Positions 50,291 through 62,409 of a stretch of 64,000 nt of DNA are shown here, in pieces (the first letter of the stretch is position 1; the number at the start of each line of letters is the position of its first letter). This DNA comes from Octopus bimaculoides (lineage: Eukaryota): contig NC_068993.1 in the NCBI RefSeq assembly GCF_001194135.2, forward strand, positions 53,532,017-53,596,016. Reading direction: 5' to 3'. The translations under genes were made by a program, and so were the position numbers. Below the pieces are notes generated by a model. The model searched no databases, had not been told where the DNA came from, and saw only the letters and a list, made by a program, of their open reading frames with translations.

Positions 50291-50849
50291 AAACTCTCCT
50301 TCACTTCAGTCAACAAACAAGGAATTCTCTAGAAAACAAGTTGCTTTCAGGAGGTCATATTCAAAGTCTATGACATATTCTTTCAATGTTTTTACTTTTC
50401 TTTTCAAAATAATGTTTCAACTATATCGCAGTGGTACCTCAAATTTTCTCATAAAGATACCATAAATTTGCACTTATTTCAATACGAAAGACACTTAAAA
50501 CTTACAGTAAAACATCGCAAGACAACGTTGTCGTAGTTATCTGTAACTATACGAAGTTTAACCAATGGCGTTTTGTCTCATAGATCGTCTGCGTTCTCAT
50601 GCAATGGGCGTTCTCAGTCGTCCTCGAGAATTCTCGGACGTTAACATGTCACCGAGATAAGGGAAATGCAGAAGGTGAGTTAGTTGGTTTTTTTTAATTT
50701 TCGTTTTCCTCTAACCTTAAGCCCAGCCATCAACAAACACGAACCGAATATCGCCGTCTGGTTTATTTTATATGCTAATTGGATTCTGGGATATATCTGC
50801 GCAAAACAAATCCCATCGTCAACATAAGCAACCAATCAAAACGAACACA

Positions 50850-51090
50850 GCAACTACTACTACTACTACTACCGCTGTTACCGCTGCTACCGCTGTTACC
50901 GCTGCTGCCGCTGCTGCCGCTGCTGCCGCTGCTGCCGCTGCTGCCGCTGCTGCCGCTGCTGCTGCTGCAACCACCACCATGACCATCACGACAACGACGA
51001 CCATCACCACAACAACAACGACAACGACATCGACAACAATGACAACAGCAACAACAACAACAACGACACTACTACTACTACTACTATTAT
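50850..51090. repeat. Compound (ACT)(GCT/GCC)(ACC/ACA/ACG)(ACT) array
   Basis: Direct reading; includes 9-bp GCTGCTGCC units. Confidence 0.95.
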
Positions 51091-51543
51091 GTCTCACCCC
51101 CCCTCCCCCTCGCACCCGACATCTCAAGAAAAATGGAAAAATTTCCAGACAACTTAAAGTTAATGAATAAACATAAATTTGATGTTTCCTATTTGCAGAT
51201 GTTTCCGTGCAGCATTCAGTTCTGAGTTTAATGATCGCTGTTTCATATCTACTTCAACATTGGCTCAGAAAGCATCCAGTGCTTCCAACAACGACGAGTT
51301 CACGAATTGTATGCAGTTTATTTGGCAAAACGCCTTTCCGTACGAACATGTCAGACATATACAAACAACACATACCATACAATCATGCAACATTCTCGTA
51401 CATACGCTTACATACGCACGCACGCACTCTCTCTCTCACACACACATACACACATATTTATTTATTTATTTGTATACACATTTATAAAAAGGTATACACA
51501 TTTGAACACATATTTATATCTATCTATCTATCTACCTACCTAC

Positions 51544-51601
<58 letters not shown>

Positions 51602-51621
51602 CTGTATATTTGTATGTATAC

Positions 51622-51652
<31 letters not shown>

Positions 51653-52182
51653 AGAAGGGTAAATAGTACATTTACTGTTGTGCATAAATCTTGATCCAGT
51701 TGGAATAAAATAAAATAACAAAGCAGCGTTGAATATATATANNNNNNNNNNNNNNNNNNNNNNNNNNNNNNNNNNNNNNNNNNNNNNNNNNNNNNNNNNN
51801 NNNNNNNNNNNNNNNNNNNNNNNNNNNNNNNNNNNNNNNNNNNNNNNNNNNNNNNNNNNNNNNNNNNNNNNNNNNNNNNNNNNNNNNNNNNNNNNNNNNN
51901 NNNNNNNNNNNNNNNNNNNNNNNNNNNNNNNNNNNNNNNNNNNNNNNNNNNNNNNNNNNNNNNNNNNNNNNNNNNNNNNNNNNNNNNNNNNNNNNNNNNN
52001 NNNNNNNNNNNNNNNNNNNNNNNNNNNNNNNNNNNNNNNNNNNNNNNNNNNNNNNNNNNNNNNNNNNNNNNNNNNNNNNNNNNNTACGATTCGATGACGT
52101 CATTAGTCCCGGGACAATTTCCGCAGTGAAAGGTCTTCCCTCATCCAAGTGGAAAGCAGAATGTTAAATATGGCTGTATCTG

Positions 52183-52253
<71 letters not shown>

Positions 52254-52947
52254 GGATGTGTTTGTAAGCTTGGGTCTGCATATAAATTATTGCACTTTTT
52301 ACTAACCCAGAAAATAAAATAAAACACTGGCGAGAAAATTTAGCAATGAAATGCATTCTGGGAAAAAGAAATGACAGGGGAATAAAGGAGAGATAAGAAA
52401 GGTGATTCATGGTCTAAGGAATTGGTAAACAGAGGAAGAGAAACGGATGTAGACTCACACCCACGTACATCTACGAACACATATTGATACAACTGTATAT
52501 AGATTAAGATACATGCATAATACGTATATACAAACAAGCGTACGTACACATGTCCATGTTTATACACATGGATACATATATTCATAAATCAACATATATA
52601 CATACATAGGATTAAAAATGCCTAGTACATACATACATGCATACATACATACATACATACATACATACATACATACATACATACACGGAAACCGACAAAC
52701 ACTGATACAGCTTGGAACACACACATTCATCGACTATTTTGTATATATGTATGTGTGTTTGTGTGTGTGTATTTGTGTGTATGTGTGTGTGTGCTTGTTG
52801 TTTACAGGGGAGGGTGTGTGTAGTGGGAATCTTGTCGAAAAGATATGACAAGAGTGAAGCAGATAGACAGATGGCAAAGAGACGGATACATAGAAAAAGG
52901 GACAGATGTTGATGAACTTGACAGATTGATTCACAGATTGGCATGTT

Positions 52948-53024
<77 letters not shown>

Positions 53025-53028
<4 letters not shown>

Positions 53029-53245
53029 TAGGTCACGTGGTTGCACTCACGATTGTGAGATCCTGAGTTTGATTCCCGGACGGGATGAACACGTGTTCTT
53101 GAACAAAACATTTGAGCTCACGTTGCTCTGCCATCACTTTTATATCAGACATGTGGTACACCGTGCACCTTTACCATGCAATGTCAATTTGAAGAAGGGA
53201 GTGAGCTGATATACAGCAGCACAAACATTTGATCACTATTTGCAG
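53025..53245 (+). mobile_element. SINE family D
   Basis: GGTTGCACTCACGATTGTGAGATCCTGAGTTTGATTCCCGG..GTGTTCTTGAACAAAACA. Confidence 0.7.
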
Positions 53246-53337
53246 GTGGTTTTGGAACAAATTTCAGAACTCTCACCTGTGGTCTACGACATATACGTCT
53301 ACAATATATATATAGATATTCTATAATTATATATATA

Positions 53338-53497
53338 GGCGCAGGAGTGGCTGTGTGACAAGTAGCTTGCTAACCAGCCACATGGTTCCGGGTTCAGTCC
53401 TACTGCGTGGCACCTTGGGCGAATGTCTTCTACTATAGCCTCGGGTCGACCAAAGCCTTGTGAGTAGATTTGGTATATGGAAACTGAAAGAAGCCCA

Positions 53498-53549
<52 letters not shown>

Positions 53550-53750
53550 TTCTGTGTCCGTGTTTGTCCCCTACAATCGCTTGACAACCGATGCTGCTGT
53601 TTACTTCCTCGTAACTTACCGGTTCGGCAAAAGAACCGATAGAATAAGTACGAGGCTTATAAAGAATAAGTCCTGAAGTTGATTTGTTCAACTAAAGGCG
53701 GTGCACCAGCATGGCCGCAGTCAAATGATTGGAACAAGTAAAATAATAAA
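53338..53750 (+). mobile_element. tRNA-headed CORE-like SINE family B, full length, with internal (TG)n
   Basis: GGCGCAGGAGTGGCTGTGTG..GGTTCAGTCC..GTGGCACCTTGGGCGAATG (cf. CORE/MIR GTGACCTTGGGCAAG)..(TG)n..CAGCATGGCCGCAGTCAAATGA..AATAAAAGAAT. Confidence 0.85.
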
Positions 53751-53834
53751 AGAATATATACTTATATTTATAGAATTATATAATTATACAAAATATTCTA
53801 AAAATATTAAATATGTAATAATTATCCTTTCTAC

Positions 53835-54000
53835 TAACGGTGCCAGTCGATTAGATCGACACCAGTACTCAACTGGTACTTAATTTATCGACCCCGAAAG
53901 GAAGAGTCGACCTCGGCGGATTTTGAACACAGAACATAAAGACACGAAATACCGCTAAGCATTTCGCCCGGCGTGCTAACGTTTCTACCAGCTCGCCACC
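53835..54000 (-). mobile_element. SINE family A
   Basis: CTGGTACTTAATTTATCGACCCCGAAAGG..CATTTCGCCCGGCGTGCTAACG..CCAGCTCGCCACC. Confidence 0.85.
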
Positions 54001-56078
54001 TACAATGAAGCTAATATTAAAAGCTTCTTTACCTTGTCTACTTCTTTTTGGCCTAGTCCCACTTTATTTCATTCGTCTTTCTCTCCCCTTCTCTCTTATT
54101 TTATTTTATCAATTTTTCTCTTTCTCCCTCTAACTCACGCACACATTTCTTATTTTCATTCATAATAATTTTATATCTCTCTTTCATTTAGAAGGTTCTT
54201 CTCTCTCTCTACTTCCGTCTTTCAGCTGCCCTATCGCATCGATAATTTCCACCGTTCACGCTTTCTTTCTCTATCTCTTGTATCCTCCTCCATCTTTCTT
54301 CTATATCAGCCCCACTTCCTCCTCCATCTGCCATCGTTCTCATTAGTACAACAGTAGTGATGAAGCAGGACAGATTAACACTGACACATAAATATTTACA
54401 TATCATAAAATACCGATCAACTTTGCCTCAAACCTGTCAGATCTGATGAAATACAACCGCTTCCTTTTCCGGTAACTCTCCCCTCTGGGTCCGTTATCTC
54501 TCTCTTAAATGCTGCGTTCAATCACCCATCAGAAAAGATAGGGGCTTATATTGTTGGCGATAGTAATGGTGATTTTGTTGATTGTGATGTTGATAATGGT
54601 AGGAATGCTACTTGTAACAGATGATAGATATGTTGATGATAGTGGTGGTGGTGGTCCCGATGATGGTAATGGTGATGATGTTCACGGTGATGGTGGTGGT
54701 GGTACTGCTGAGAATGATAATGATAGTAATGATGATGATGGCTGTAGTGGTAGCAGTATGGTAGTGATGGTAGCGTGCGGTGTTGATGGACGCAGTGGCT
54801 GATTGGTGGGGTGGTGGTTGTTTTGATGATTGTGGAGGGTGGTAGGATCTTAAGATTCTTGCTGTGTAGTCTCCAAGCCAGCCTTATTAGAGCAAACAAC
54901 ATTTATGACAATTTCAACCCAATGTTTAGGTGCGATGTAAAATTTTATCGGATGAAAGGCAAAAGTTTTGGCATATTAACTTTTAGGCTTTAAAAACAGG
55001 ATCCTCTCCCTTCCGTGTAATACAAAAATTTCGTTTGTCTGACCTTATCAGAGTTACGTCCCTTGCTTATTTTGAGTGAGTTTTTACCTACTGATAGCAA
55101 TGTTAAACTCAGATAATTAACTGGAGCTTTACAACTCACTGTATTATATGTGTGATTATCTCGGATATGTAGAAGGCACCTATGGAGATTTTCCTTCAGC
55201 CATGTTATTGGATCGAAAAGCTTTCTGTTGTTGATATTGCTGTTGAGTAGTCCAAATGAAGTGAAGATTATGCAGGCGCATAATCTCCACTTCGCTGTGG
55301 GGGTTCGAGAGGAGGCAAGTTCCATGGCTGCCTCCTCGGACAACACACATTATAGTTACGACACTGCTGGTGGGGACAGTGAACTGAAGATTGAGCCAAA
55401 GCGTGACCAACGAATAGGTTAGCGTGACTGAGGCCCATCTTAGTTCCCATTGTAATCCCAGTGAATCTATTGATAGATAGCTTTCTCTGGAAATGGAGAA
55501 ACGGTTAAGGATGAGAGATAGAATAATAACATGCCCGGAGTAATTTTCTATGAATACTAGAAAAACGTACACAACATTAGTCATCTATTAATATTGATTT
55601 TTTTCCTCAACACATGATACAGCTTTGCTAACGCAGCGAGTATTAAATGTGCTTGCATTAATTTACGTTGAAAACAAACTTTTATTTCAATGATTAAAAC
55701 AAGTCAGGACAATGAAGATCAGCTCAGTTATTGAAAGCCAACGGTTTTTCAGAAAACAGCTGGAAACATAAGGCTACTAATGAGCGATATAAATATTTAA
55801 TATTTTTTCTGTTTAACCTATGTTAATGTTTTATAGAACTGGGTATGATCCAGTTAGAGATGGATATTCATAGAAACATCGTTTCACATCGATTCATAAA
55901 TTTTGAACCATTTTTACTATTCTTATATTTCTTCTTTTTTATGCGCAGCCCACACACATAGGCAAGCATACACATATAAACCCACGCACGCATACACAGT
56001 GATGAATGTTTATCAAAATAGGTATATGTTTATGTATACGTATGTATGTTGTGTATATGCGTGCGTGAGAGCGTGTAT

Positions 56079-56126
<48 letters not shown>

Positions 56127-56328
56127 ACATACATATGTGTGTGTATGTGTGTGTATGTGTGTGCTGCATTTGCACGTATGTACATGTTTGTGAGCGTATG
56201 CATGCTTGTCGGTGAATTTATATAAGTGTGAGAGTATATTATTTGCATGTGTCTGCATATGAGCAAACGGAGGTGTGTGAATGTATGGATATATTTATAT
56301 ATGCGTATGAATGACCTCGTAGACAATA

Positions 56329-56373
<45 letters not shown>

Positions 56374-56734
56374 TATATNNNNNNNNNNNNNNNNNNNNNN
56401 NNNNNNNNNNNNNNNNNNNNNNNNNNNNNNNNNNNNNNNNNNNNNNNNNNNNNNNNNNNNNNNNNNNNNNNNNNNNNNNNNNNNNNNNNNNNNNNNNNNN
56501 NNNNNNNNNNNNNNNNNNNNNNNNNNNNNNNNNNNNNNNNNTATAATACCACTTTCCCTTAAAGATAAAGAACTGTTTGTTTTCTATCTTAGAATATTGG
56601 AAGAGCATTGTAGGTTGCTTGAAAGATTGTCAAACAAAAGTAACAAATAATGAAGACGGTGGGTCACTAACAATACTAGAAGGGAACGCTGAGTAACGTT
56701 TATATATTTCAGGCACAAAGGTTCAGCATCAGAT

Positions 56735-56804
56735 GTTTACGTAGATTCTGCCATGTTGGATTGCCTATCCATACGGTAATCAACGTGGCAGGATCTACGT
56801 AAAC
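56735..56804 (+). ncRNA. Pre-miRNA-like hairpin (candidate)
   Basis: 30-bp stem with 3 G.U pairs and one bulged G, 9-nt loop; not recognised as a known miRNA. Confidence 0.4.
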
Positions 56805-57496
56805 TTACATTTCTTTAAGCTGTTCATTTCTGATGAGGAACAACAAAAATTGGACAGTGTGGTAAATGTATTACACAAATTAAGAAGTTAACAGATTCGG
56901 TTTTGGATTTAGAAAGGGAAATATGGAGGTGAAGAATATTTAACATTCAAGAAAAGAGGAAAATATGTAGAAGTGTTGCAAAAAGATAAAATAAAAAGTA
57001 CATGTAATTCTTCGTTTGAATGTCAAATGTTGGCTTTGGAACGAGTCTATACAAATTGTTCGTACAATGTTCATTAAGTGTGAAATAGTTCTTTTAGAAT
57101 GAGTATCATATGTGGTAGAAACAGATGTAAATGGAAAGAATAATATCGTAGATTTCTTCACAGGGAAACCTTGAACATGATAGCTGCGAACGGATGACGT
57201 TTTGTGAACTGTCGAAAGATATGTAACCGAAACCGTCCTTAGGTCTCTCGTTATAACGTGACCTTTCAAAATGAAGTTTCATGCGAGGGTTTGCTCGCAG
57301 CAGGCATAGTCAGGACGCAAATGACCTGGACGCCGAATCAAAAAGATAACGCAAAGGTCCAGGATATTTATGATCAGGATGCATTTGACAGGAGCACAAT
57401 TGTCCAGAACTCAATTGACCTTTCACCACCTGCACGCACGCATGTATGTATGTATGTATGTATGTATGTATGTATGTATGTATGTATTATGTGTGT

Positions 57497-57540
<44 letters not shown>

Positions 57541-57570
57541 CGTGCGTGTGTATGTATGTATGAATGCATG

Positions 57571-57602
<32 letters not shown>

Positions 57603-58151
57603 TTTATGTATGTATGTATGTATGCATTTATGTATGTATGTATTTATGTATGTATGTAATAGACACACAGTGNNNNNNNNNNNNNNNNNNNNNNNNNNNN
57701 NNNNNNNNNNNNNNNNNNNNNNNNNNNNNNNNNNNNNNNNNNNNNNNNNNNNNNNNNNNNNNNNNNNNNNNNNNNNNNNNNNNNNNNNNNNNNNNNNNNN
57801 NNNNNNNNNNNNNNNNNNNNNNNNNNNNNNNNNNNNNNNNNNNNNNNNNNNNNNNNNNNNNNNNNNNNNNNNNNNNNNNNNNNNNNNNNNNNNNNNNNNN
57901 NNNNNNNNNNNNNNNNNNNNNNNNNNNNNNNNNNNNNNNNNNNNNNNNNNNNNNNNNNNNNNNNNNNNNNNNNNNNNNNNNNNNNNNNNNNNNNNNNNNN
58001 NNNNNNNNNNNNNNNNNNNNNNNNNNNNNNNNNNNNNNNNNNNNNNNNNNNNNNNNNNNNNNNNNNNNNNNNNNNNNNNNNNNNNNNNNNNNNNNNNNNN
58101 NNNNNNNNNNNNNNNNNNNNNNNNNNNNCAACAACAACAACAACAACAATA

Positions 58152-58208
<57 letters not shown>

Positions 58209-58619
58209 GTGAATATATGATCCTATGACCGCGAGTCCGCTTCTCTAACCACTGGGCCATTGCGCCTCTACACACATATACACAAATACATTCAAACATA
58301 CATTGAAAAGTCAGTAGTTACTCTATCCAGATTATAAGTCCGAGTTTATACCTGCAATTATTGGGGCCTGTAATTACTGGGGTTTATACCTGTAACACAC
58401 TGCCTAAATATCAATCTTGAGAAATTAGGCTTCTCAAAACTAGAAAGGAAAAAGCTGATTCGAAGACTACAAATTCATGCCATCACTGGAAATAAAACTA
58501 TCTGTAGAAGTTAATCATTTCAGTATATATATAAGCATTCCTAGATATTTAACTATATGCATGAGAAGATATACATAAAACAAAGCATACAAATCTCCAC
58601 ACATACATATACATACATA

Positions 58620-58890
58620 ATAACTGCACTCTCGCTACACGAGAAAAAGTCATTGCCAAGAAGACTTACTGAAATGATTCATTATTGTTGCCATGTGATG
58701 GCCTTATATGACTTTTAAGACCAGTCAAGCTTTTACACCTTTTATTATATACTGCACAATTGTTCTGGCTGGCAGGAGAAACAGATGCCACCATATGCAC
58801 TCTCTTAACATGTCTTTTTAGACCTCCAACTGAGAGGCACACCCTTCCACATTTTACACATGCTTTGTTGTGAATTTTAAAAGCCACATC
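58620..58890 (-). mobile_element. LINE (RTE-like) 3' end with two C2H2-like zinc fingers
   Basis: CVKCGRVCLSVGGLKRHVKRVH and CAVYNKRCKSLTGLKSHIRPSH, stop, then CTCG-TGTAG-CGAG stem-loop and simple-repeat tail; no splice context. Confidence 0.6.
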
Positions 58891-58915
58891 ACTGTTTATT
58901 AGTTTTATATGATGC

Positions 58916-58976
<61 letters not shown>

Positions 58977-59649
58977 CCTTTCTACTAAAGGTATAAGGCC
59001 AGAAAGGTTTGGGGAAACCGATTCTTTCTCTATTGGCAAGAAATCTTGATATAAAACTGAATAATGACATACATACATACACACACATATACACATATGT
59101 AACCTCACAGGCATGCAAACATACACAGTTCGAACTTTGAATGTATTAAAAAAAAAAAAAGAGAAAATACATCACCAGGACACAAAAACGTGTTTCTGCA
59201 ATCTGGTTGGCCGTTTAAACAGTCCAATTTATTGCATCACCAGCACACACTAAATAATGGGCGAGGGCTCAAATTTAGCTTGATTTTATCGATAAATGTG
59301 CTGACAACACCCAAGTGAAAAACTGCTGAATTTACTGAAATTTCATAAATATTTGACTCACCCATATTCAGCTTTAGTTTGATAAAAAATTTTTAAAAAG
59401 CACTGGGAAAACAATATTTGGAGGTGTAATGGTTTAATTATTTGACAATACTGATTAAAGTCGAGTTAATTATCTGTGCAATGATTCACAAAATATTGTG
59501 ATTTGAGTGTCACAGATATATTTAATCTCTCTCTCTCTCTTTCTCTCTCTCGTATATACTGGAGATGTGGGTTCTAGTCTGACGGACAGTATTCGACTTT
59601 TTCTATCCAAAGGGCCAATATTTACACGCTTTTATTAATAGCCTTATTA

Positions 59650-59870
59650 AGGCGGCGAGCTGGCAGACTCGTTAGCACGCCGGACAAAATGCTTAGCAGT
59701 ATTTCATCTGTCGCTAAGTTCTGAGTTCAAATTCCGCCGAGGTCGATTTTGCCTTTCATCCCTTCGGGGTCGATAGATTAAGTACCAGTTACGCACTGGG
59801 ATCGATGTCATCGACTTAATCCCTTGTTTGTCCCCTCTATGTTTAGCCCCTTGTGGACAGTAAAGAAATA
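59650..59870 (+). mobile_element. SINE family A with alternative 3' tail
   Basis: Canonical head and central block, then TCCCTTGTTTGTCCCCTCTATGTTTAGCCCCTTGTGG tail. Confidence 0.85.
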
Positions 59871-59885
59871 AGTAATAATAATAAT

Positions 59886-60915
59886 AGAACGTCGGAGACT
59901 GTACGTTGGACATGACCCTGCAGCTTCTGTTAACGTGACCGTTGCGCAACGAATACCACTGTCCCACGAGCATTCTTCGACCCTATTGCTGTGGAATGAT
60001 TTGGTTTATATTTTAACCCAGTTTTCTCTATACTACTCCTTATAGCTTTATCTTCGAGTTCCACAGTTTGAAACGATTTCTTTCACATCTCCCGAAGTTT
60101 CTAAATTCTTATAATGCATCTTTTGTTGAATTTTAAGCATTTATTGGCTATTAATTCCTGTAAGTAAGGCATGAGGGTCTCGAAGTAGCTAAAACTATAA
60201 ATCATAACTTGTAGAATATTAAGCTAAAAATAAAACTCTCGAATGGAAAAAAGAAACTTCGAGAGATGTGGAATAAATCGTTTTTAATGGTGGATCTCGA
60301 AGATAAAGCTATAAGGAACAGCATAAAGAAAACTTGGTTAAAATAAAAACCAAATCTTTTCACATCAAAAGCGTCGAAGGCTGCTCATGGGACAGTAGTA
60401 TTGAAAGCTCCTCTGTCATATTGCCAGAAGTTGCAGGTTCGTGTGCAATGCAAAGTCTACATTTGTTTTCCTTCCGAGACTCTTCTTAACTCAATTTTTT
60501 ACGTGTTATTATTTTTAGCATCTGCTATGTAGAGCTCCACCGTTAAAAAGGATATTTATTTATATATATTTATATGTCTATTTATATGGACTAACCACAT
60601 ATTTTGAGTAAAGACGGAAACTTCTAAGACGTTCATGCCTTTTCTACAGGAATTAATAACCAATAAATGCTTATAATTCAAGAAAATATCCATCATAAGA
60701 ATTTGGAAACTTCAGAAGATATAGAAGAAATAGTTTTTAACGGCGGACCTCGAAGATTCAACTACAGTGTATAGAAAACTAGTTTAAAATGAAAACGAAA
60801 TCTTTCCTATTTAATTTATCGAAGGCTTCCCGTGGGACAGTGGTATTGCTAGCTCAACTTTCATGCTAGTAGAAGATACAATTTCGTGTCCAACGAACAG
60901 TCTCCGATTCTCTTT
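59886..60915. repeat. ~454-bp-period tandem pair plus an inverted copy (imperfect palindrome)
   Basis: A 59886-60175 is the reverse complement of C 60630-60910; B 60252-60460 is a direct copy of C. Confidence 0.8.
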
Positions 60916-61064
60916 TCTTTCATCCGAGAGTTTTTTAAAACCAAATATTCCTGTTATTAGCTATATTAAATCTCTGAGCGAGATGTAGCGACTTTCGCAT
61001 CACTTACGATGATCAAGTTGAAAATATTCCCGAGAAATGCATTAAAGCCTCAAAATCTCATTTA

Positions 61065-61365
61065 TAAGTCTCTCTCTCGGTAATAGTTGTAGTAGTAATA
61101 GTTGTTATGATGGTGTTGGTTGTAATAATAGCTGTAGTAGTAGTCTTAGTAGTTGTTGTAATAGTAAACTTAGTGGTGGTGGTGGTGCTAATAGTAGCAT
61201 CTGTAGTGGTAGCAATGGTCACGGCAATAATTGTGGTGGTGGTGGTAGTGGTAGTGATGGTAGTAACAATAGTAGTAACGGCGAAAGTGGTGAATGTAGC
61301 AGAAATAGAGTAAGTATTATTATTAATGGTGATGGTGGCGGTGGCGGTGGAGGTAGTTGTGCAAT
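61065..61365. repeat. Degenerate (GTA/GTG/AAT)n array
   Basis: Direct reading. Confidence 0.85.
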
Positions 61366-61758
61366 GATGCTGATGTCTCTAAGGTATGGGCTTGCAGTTG
61401 TTGTGGACAAACCGAGATAAAAGAGAGAGAGAGAGAGAGAGAGAGAATGGTGAGGAGAGACGAAAAGTTTACGAAGCTGATTAAGACACATACCCATCGT
61501 TTCTTTTAATGAGATGAAATACATAATGTCGTGATAAGCGTCTAAAGAAGCCAATGTTAGGAAGCACAGAACAACACTATTATTTTCACACAGATCACAA
61601 GTTGATAATATTATATACAAGTATCACACGACACTGTTCTCTTAGATGCGGGAGCGGCTATCTAACAATGAAATTATGTATGAAGATTTATGAGTTAGAA
61701 TTGTCTTGGTAGCCATGTTGGTCTATAAAAGATGACGTATTCAGGCTTACATATATGT

Positions 61759-62069
61759 ACATTATTTACCCTTGACGTATATTTGTCCTCATCTTGTTTG
61801 TTGTTAACGCAACGTTTCGGCTGATATACCTCCAGACTTCATCAGATGTCTTGGAGAAATTTCGAACCTGGGTTCTCATTCCTAAGGTATTTTTCGATGT
61901 TATTACTATTATTATTATTTAGGTCACTGCTTGGAATCGAACTCGGAATTTTGGGGTTAGCAGTCCGCGCTGTTAACCACTATGCCATATGACCGTGGGC
62001 ATATTTACGTCAAATGTAAATAGTGTAAATAATGTACATAACTCCTCATCTCTTGAATATAGAACTGTA
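61759..62069 (-). mobile_element. Family E composite element, copy 2
   Basis: Same module order on the minus strand; flanks TTACATATATGT 61747-61758 and TTACGTATATGT 62070-62081 (12-bp TSD, one transition). Confidence 0.85.
61806..61850 (-). ncRNA. Minimal type I hammerhead ribozyme-like motif (degenerate copy)
   Basis: Minus strand GACAT-CTGATGA-A-GTCTG-(9 nt)-CAGCC-GAAAC-GTT-GCGTT; core and palindromic AACGTT intact; one mismatch each in stems I and II. Confidence 0.7.
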
Positions 62070-62370
62070 TTACGTATATGTTTCAAACCATTTATAGGTA
62101 TGATTCTGCGGCCCGAATTAAATAAATGCCTTTGTTTACCGTATTTGCCTTCATCGTCCTTATCACGTTCTGAGCTGAAAACTCACGCATTTATATTTTG
62201 CCTTTCGCCGCACCGAGGTCGACGGGATAAAGTCCAGGTGCGTCGTAGGATCGATCTAGCAGGCTACGTCTCTCATCTTAGATTGTGTGGTCTTGGTTCA
62301 ATGCAAGAAATATTTTTGTGGATATGCAGAAGGAATATATAATTCTATGTTCACAGGGCACCGGGCTTAC

Positions 62371-62409
<39 letters not shown>

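Noticed and set aside
55320-55410. HDV-like ribozyme suggested by GCCTCCTCG
   Set aside because: P3 3' strand is mismatched and no P1/P2 partners were found.
57150-57420. snoRNA or structured ncRNA in a CpG-rich patch with small hairpins
   Set aside because: No convincing C/D or H/ACA boxes with terminal stems; hairpins are short enough to be chance.
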